From NCBI RefSeq assembly GCF_037042905.1, contig NC_087246.1, positions 56,482,001-56,546,000 on the forward strand: a DNA stretch of 64,000 nucleotides, given 5' to 3'. Under the pieces are notes generated by a model. That model worked only from the letters and a program-made list of their open reading frames with translations. It searched no databases and was not told the origin of the DNA. The stretch comes from Lytechinus pictus. Lineage: Eukaryota. The position numbers and the translations under genes are program-made. This document shows, one piece after another, positions 62,017 through 64,000 of this stretch. Every line of letters begins with the position of its first letter. Within the stretch, counting starts at the first letter, position 1.

Positions 62017-64000
62017 CTAGGTGAGGAAAATATCGTGATTATAGAGATTTTGGAATAAAACTTGAAAACAGGTTGAGAAAATGAAGCTGAATACAGAAAA
62101 GTCATGGAGAGCATCATATAGAGAAAGATACAATGATACTCCAATTCTGGTCATTTAAGGATAATTAGGGAAAGTTTATAGCTATAGACAAACTCTATTC
62201 AGGAAATTATAAATTAATAACAGGAAAGGGAAAAATATCATTGCATGCAAGCTCTTATAAGAGTTCTGTATGTCAGACTGATTTGGAATATTAAAATGTA
62301 TCTATTTAAAGGGAAGTTGGACAGATTCCAAATCATGTCTCATAAAACAATTTGTAAAGTATGTGTTATTTGTCACGTGTCAAAACAATCACTTTAAAAC
62401 AGATTATTGATTATAATGATTTTTACAAATAATTTAAAGGGATACTTTACATCAAAAAAAAATTGAAAGACTTACCCTACATTTACAATAACCACAAGAA
62501 ATACTGTGATACTAAACAGTGTGAAATAATTATATTTTGTTAAGGAAATGCCAGGTTGTATTTTGTGAATATTTCTATAAATTATCATTTTTTATGCTGT
62601 AATAATCAAAACAATTAATTTCTATTAGAAGTAGAGTGTGCTTGTGAAAATAATTTGTTGTGTTGAATCATCTTTGATATTTTATTTTTTACTTTAACTG
62701 TAGCTTCCCATTTTGCGACAATTTTTTTAAATTGCAATTAATTCCATCATGATGGATCAGCAGATCACTTTTGAATTATATTCTTTTACACAGTATACAT
62801 GTCAACGAATGAAAACCTATTCTGAGAAGAACAACTATTCTCTGAGTGAATTCCAATAACAATCTAACAGACATCCCAATATATAATTTAACTACCAGAG
62901 TATTTTCAAATTTTAACACGAGACAGACTAATTATCTACTGTTTCTATGCAGAGAAAAAAATGCATTCTTCAAACTCAGCCATCAAAATCATGATAAATG
63001 CCAAAAAATGCAGCCCTTTGCAACAGAAAAGTACTTGCTGCAAAGCCTTCAACAAATCTTGTGTATATATTTCCCATATTAAAAGGAAAAGAAGTATTTC
63101 TGTCACAGAACATTTGTTTGAGCAATCTCTAACAAGAGTCCAAAATATGCTTGATAAAAGCTTAACTCGGTATCAAGTTTTTAATACATGGACAGAAAAA
63201 GAGTTAGAAAGATGTAGTTCACCAAATAAAATTACTGGTAATACAATCGACATGGAAATTATTTTCTACCAGAAAATCAAACCTACATTATCATAATCAG
63301 TTAACTACGTTTTTGCTACATATCCCAGATTTTTCCTTTATAATAAATATCAAGACATCTTTTATTATTGTATTTTTTTCTGATATCTGTTTACAATATT
63401 ATTGATCTTGTATCTTTTAAAGCTCTTAAAAATTGTTCTGTGAGAGTGACAACAAATATGTATAATCTTAACACATTGTTTGTTCCTCCATACTAATACC
63501 TTACCATCTTACAAATTACTTTTTAATCCTCCTATCATTGATCTTGCACTAGACATGCATATCTTGACAACTTTGAGGGGTAGTTAATCATTCATCACAT
63601 TTACATAGTCACATTTAGCTGACTGATGCATAAAAGATGACATAGTTCACACGGAATAAAATTTTATCACAATTTGCGTACTGTCTCATTTGAACAGGTA
63701 CAGCGTAACTTAGGAATATATTTATTTAATACATCCACACACATCCCTTAATTGGTACACATTCTACCTGTTACAACTATTAGATAATATCATCTAAATG
63801 TTTGATAGAGAAGATTAGATATTTCAGCATGCAATCCCTTTCACTGCCTGGACAAATAAATTAATTCCAAGGAGAAAACAAGTTCATAGAGTATCAGATT
63901 TCATTTAAACAAGAACATTGAACATGTATATGTCTATAAAATAAAGCAATCAAGGTTAAAAATCGCATACTAAACCTAATGTGGTGCTCTATTAGAGACA

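Overview
AT-rich, intron-rich metazoan genomic DNA. It is probably an echinoderm (sea-urchin-like); this is inferred from the repeat landscape, not proven. There is one assembly gap (N, 10038-10240). Three spliced protein-coding genes lie in tandem on the minus strand. (1) The 3' end of an unidentified gene whose product ends in a CaaX prenylation box (…GSKACIVM*), with exons found between 62016 and 53508. (2) A complete E2F4/5-type transcription factor gene: 9 coding exons, 48314->23360, about 382 aa, with a minor-spliceosome AT-AC intron and a duplicated cassette exon. (3) A nuclear poly(A)-binding protein gene (PABPN1/PABP2): 5 coding exons, 8427->5821, lacking a recognisable canonical terminal 'WYSPY' exon in the window. 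Most ORFs in the supplied track are spurious. Introns and intergenic DNA are dense with non-autonomous DNA transposons (Tc1/pogo-, hAT-, Sola-, piggyBac-, CACTA-, Harbinger- and Kolobok-like), SINEs and LINE 3' fragments. The most unusual locus is a four-level nested insertion at 9048-13096. Its innermost, (TA)n-embedded module carries a fully base-paired 72-nt class-I tRNA-like gene with a UCA (opal/UGA-reading) anticodon and its own Pol III terminator.
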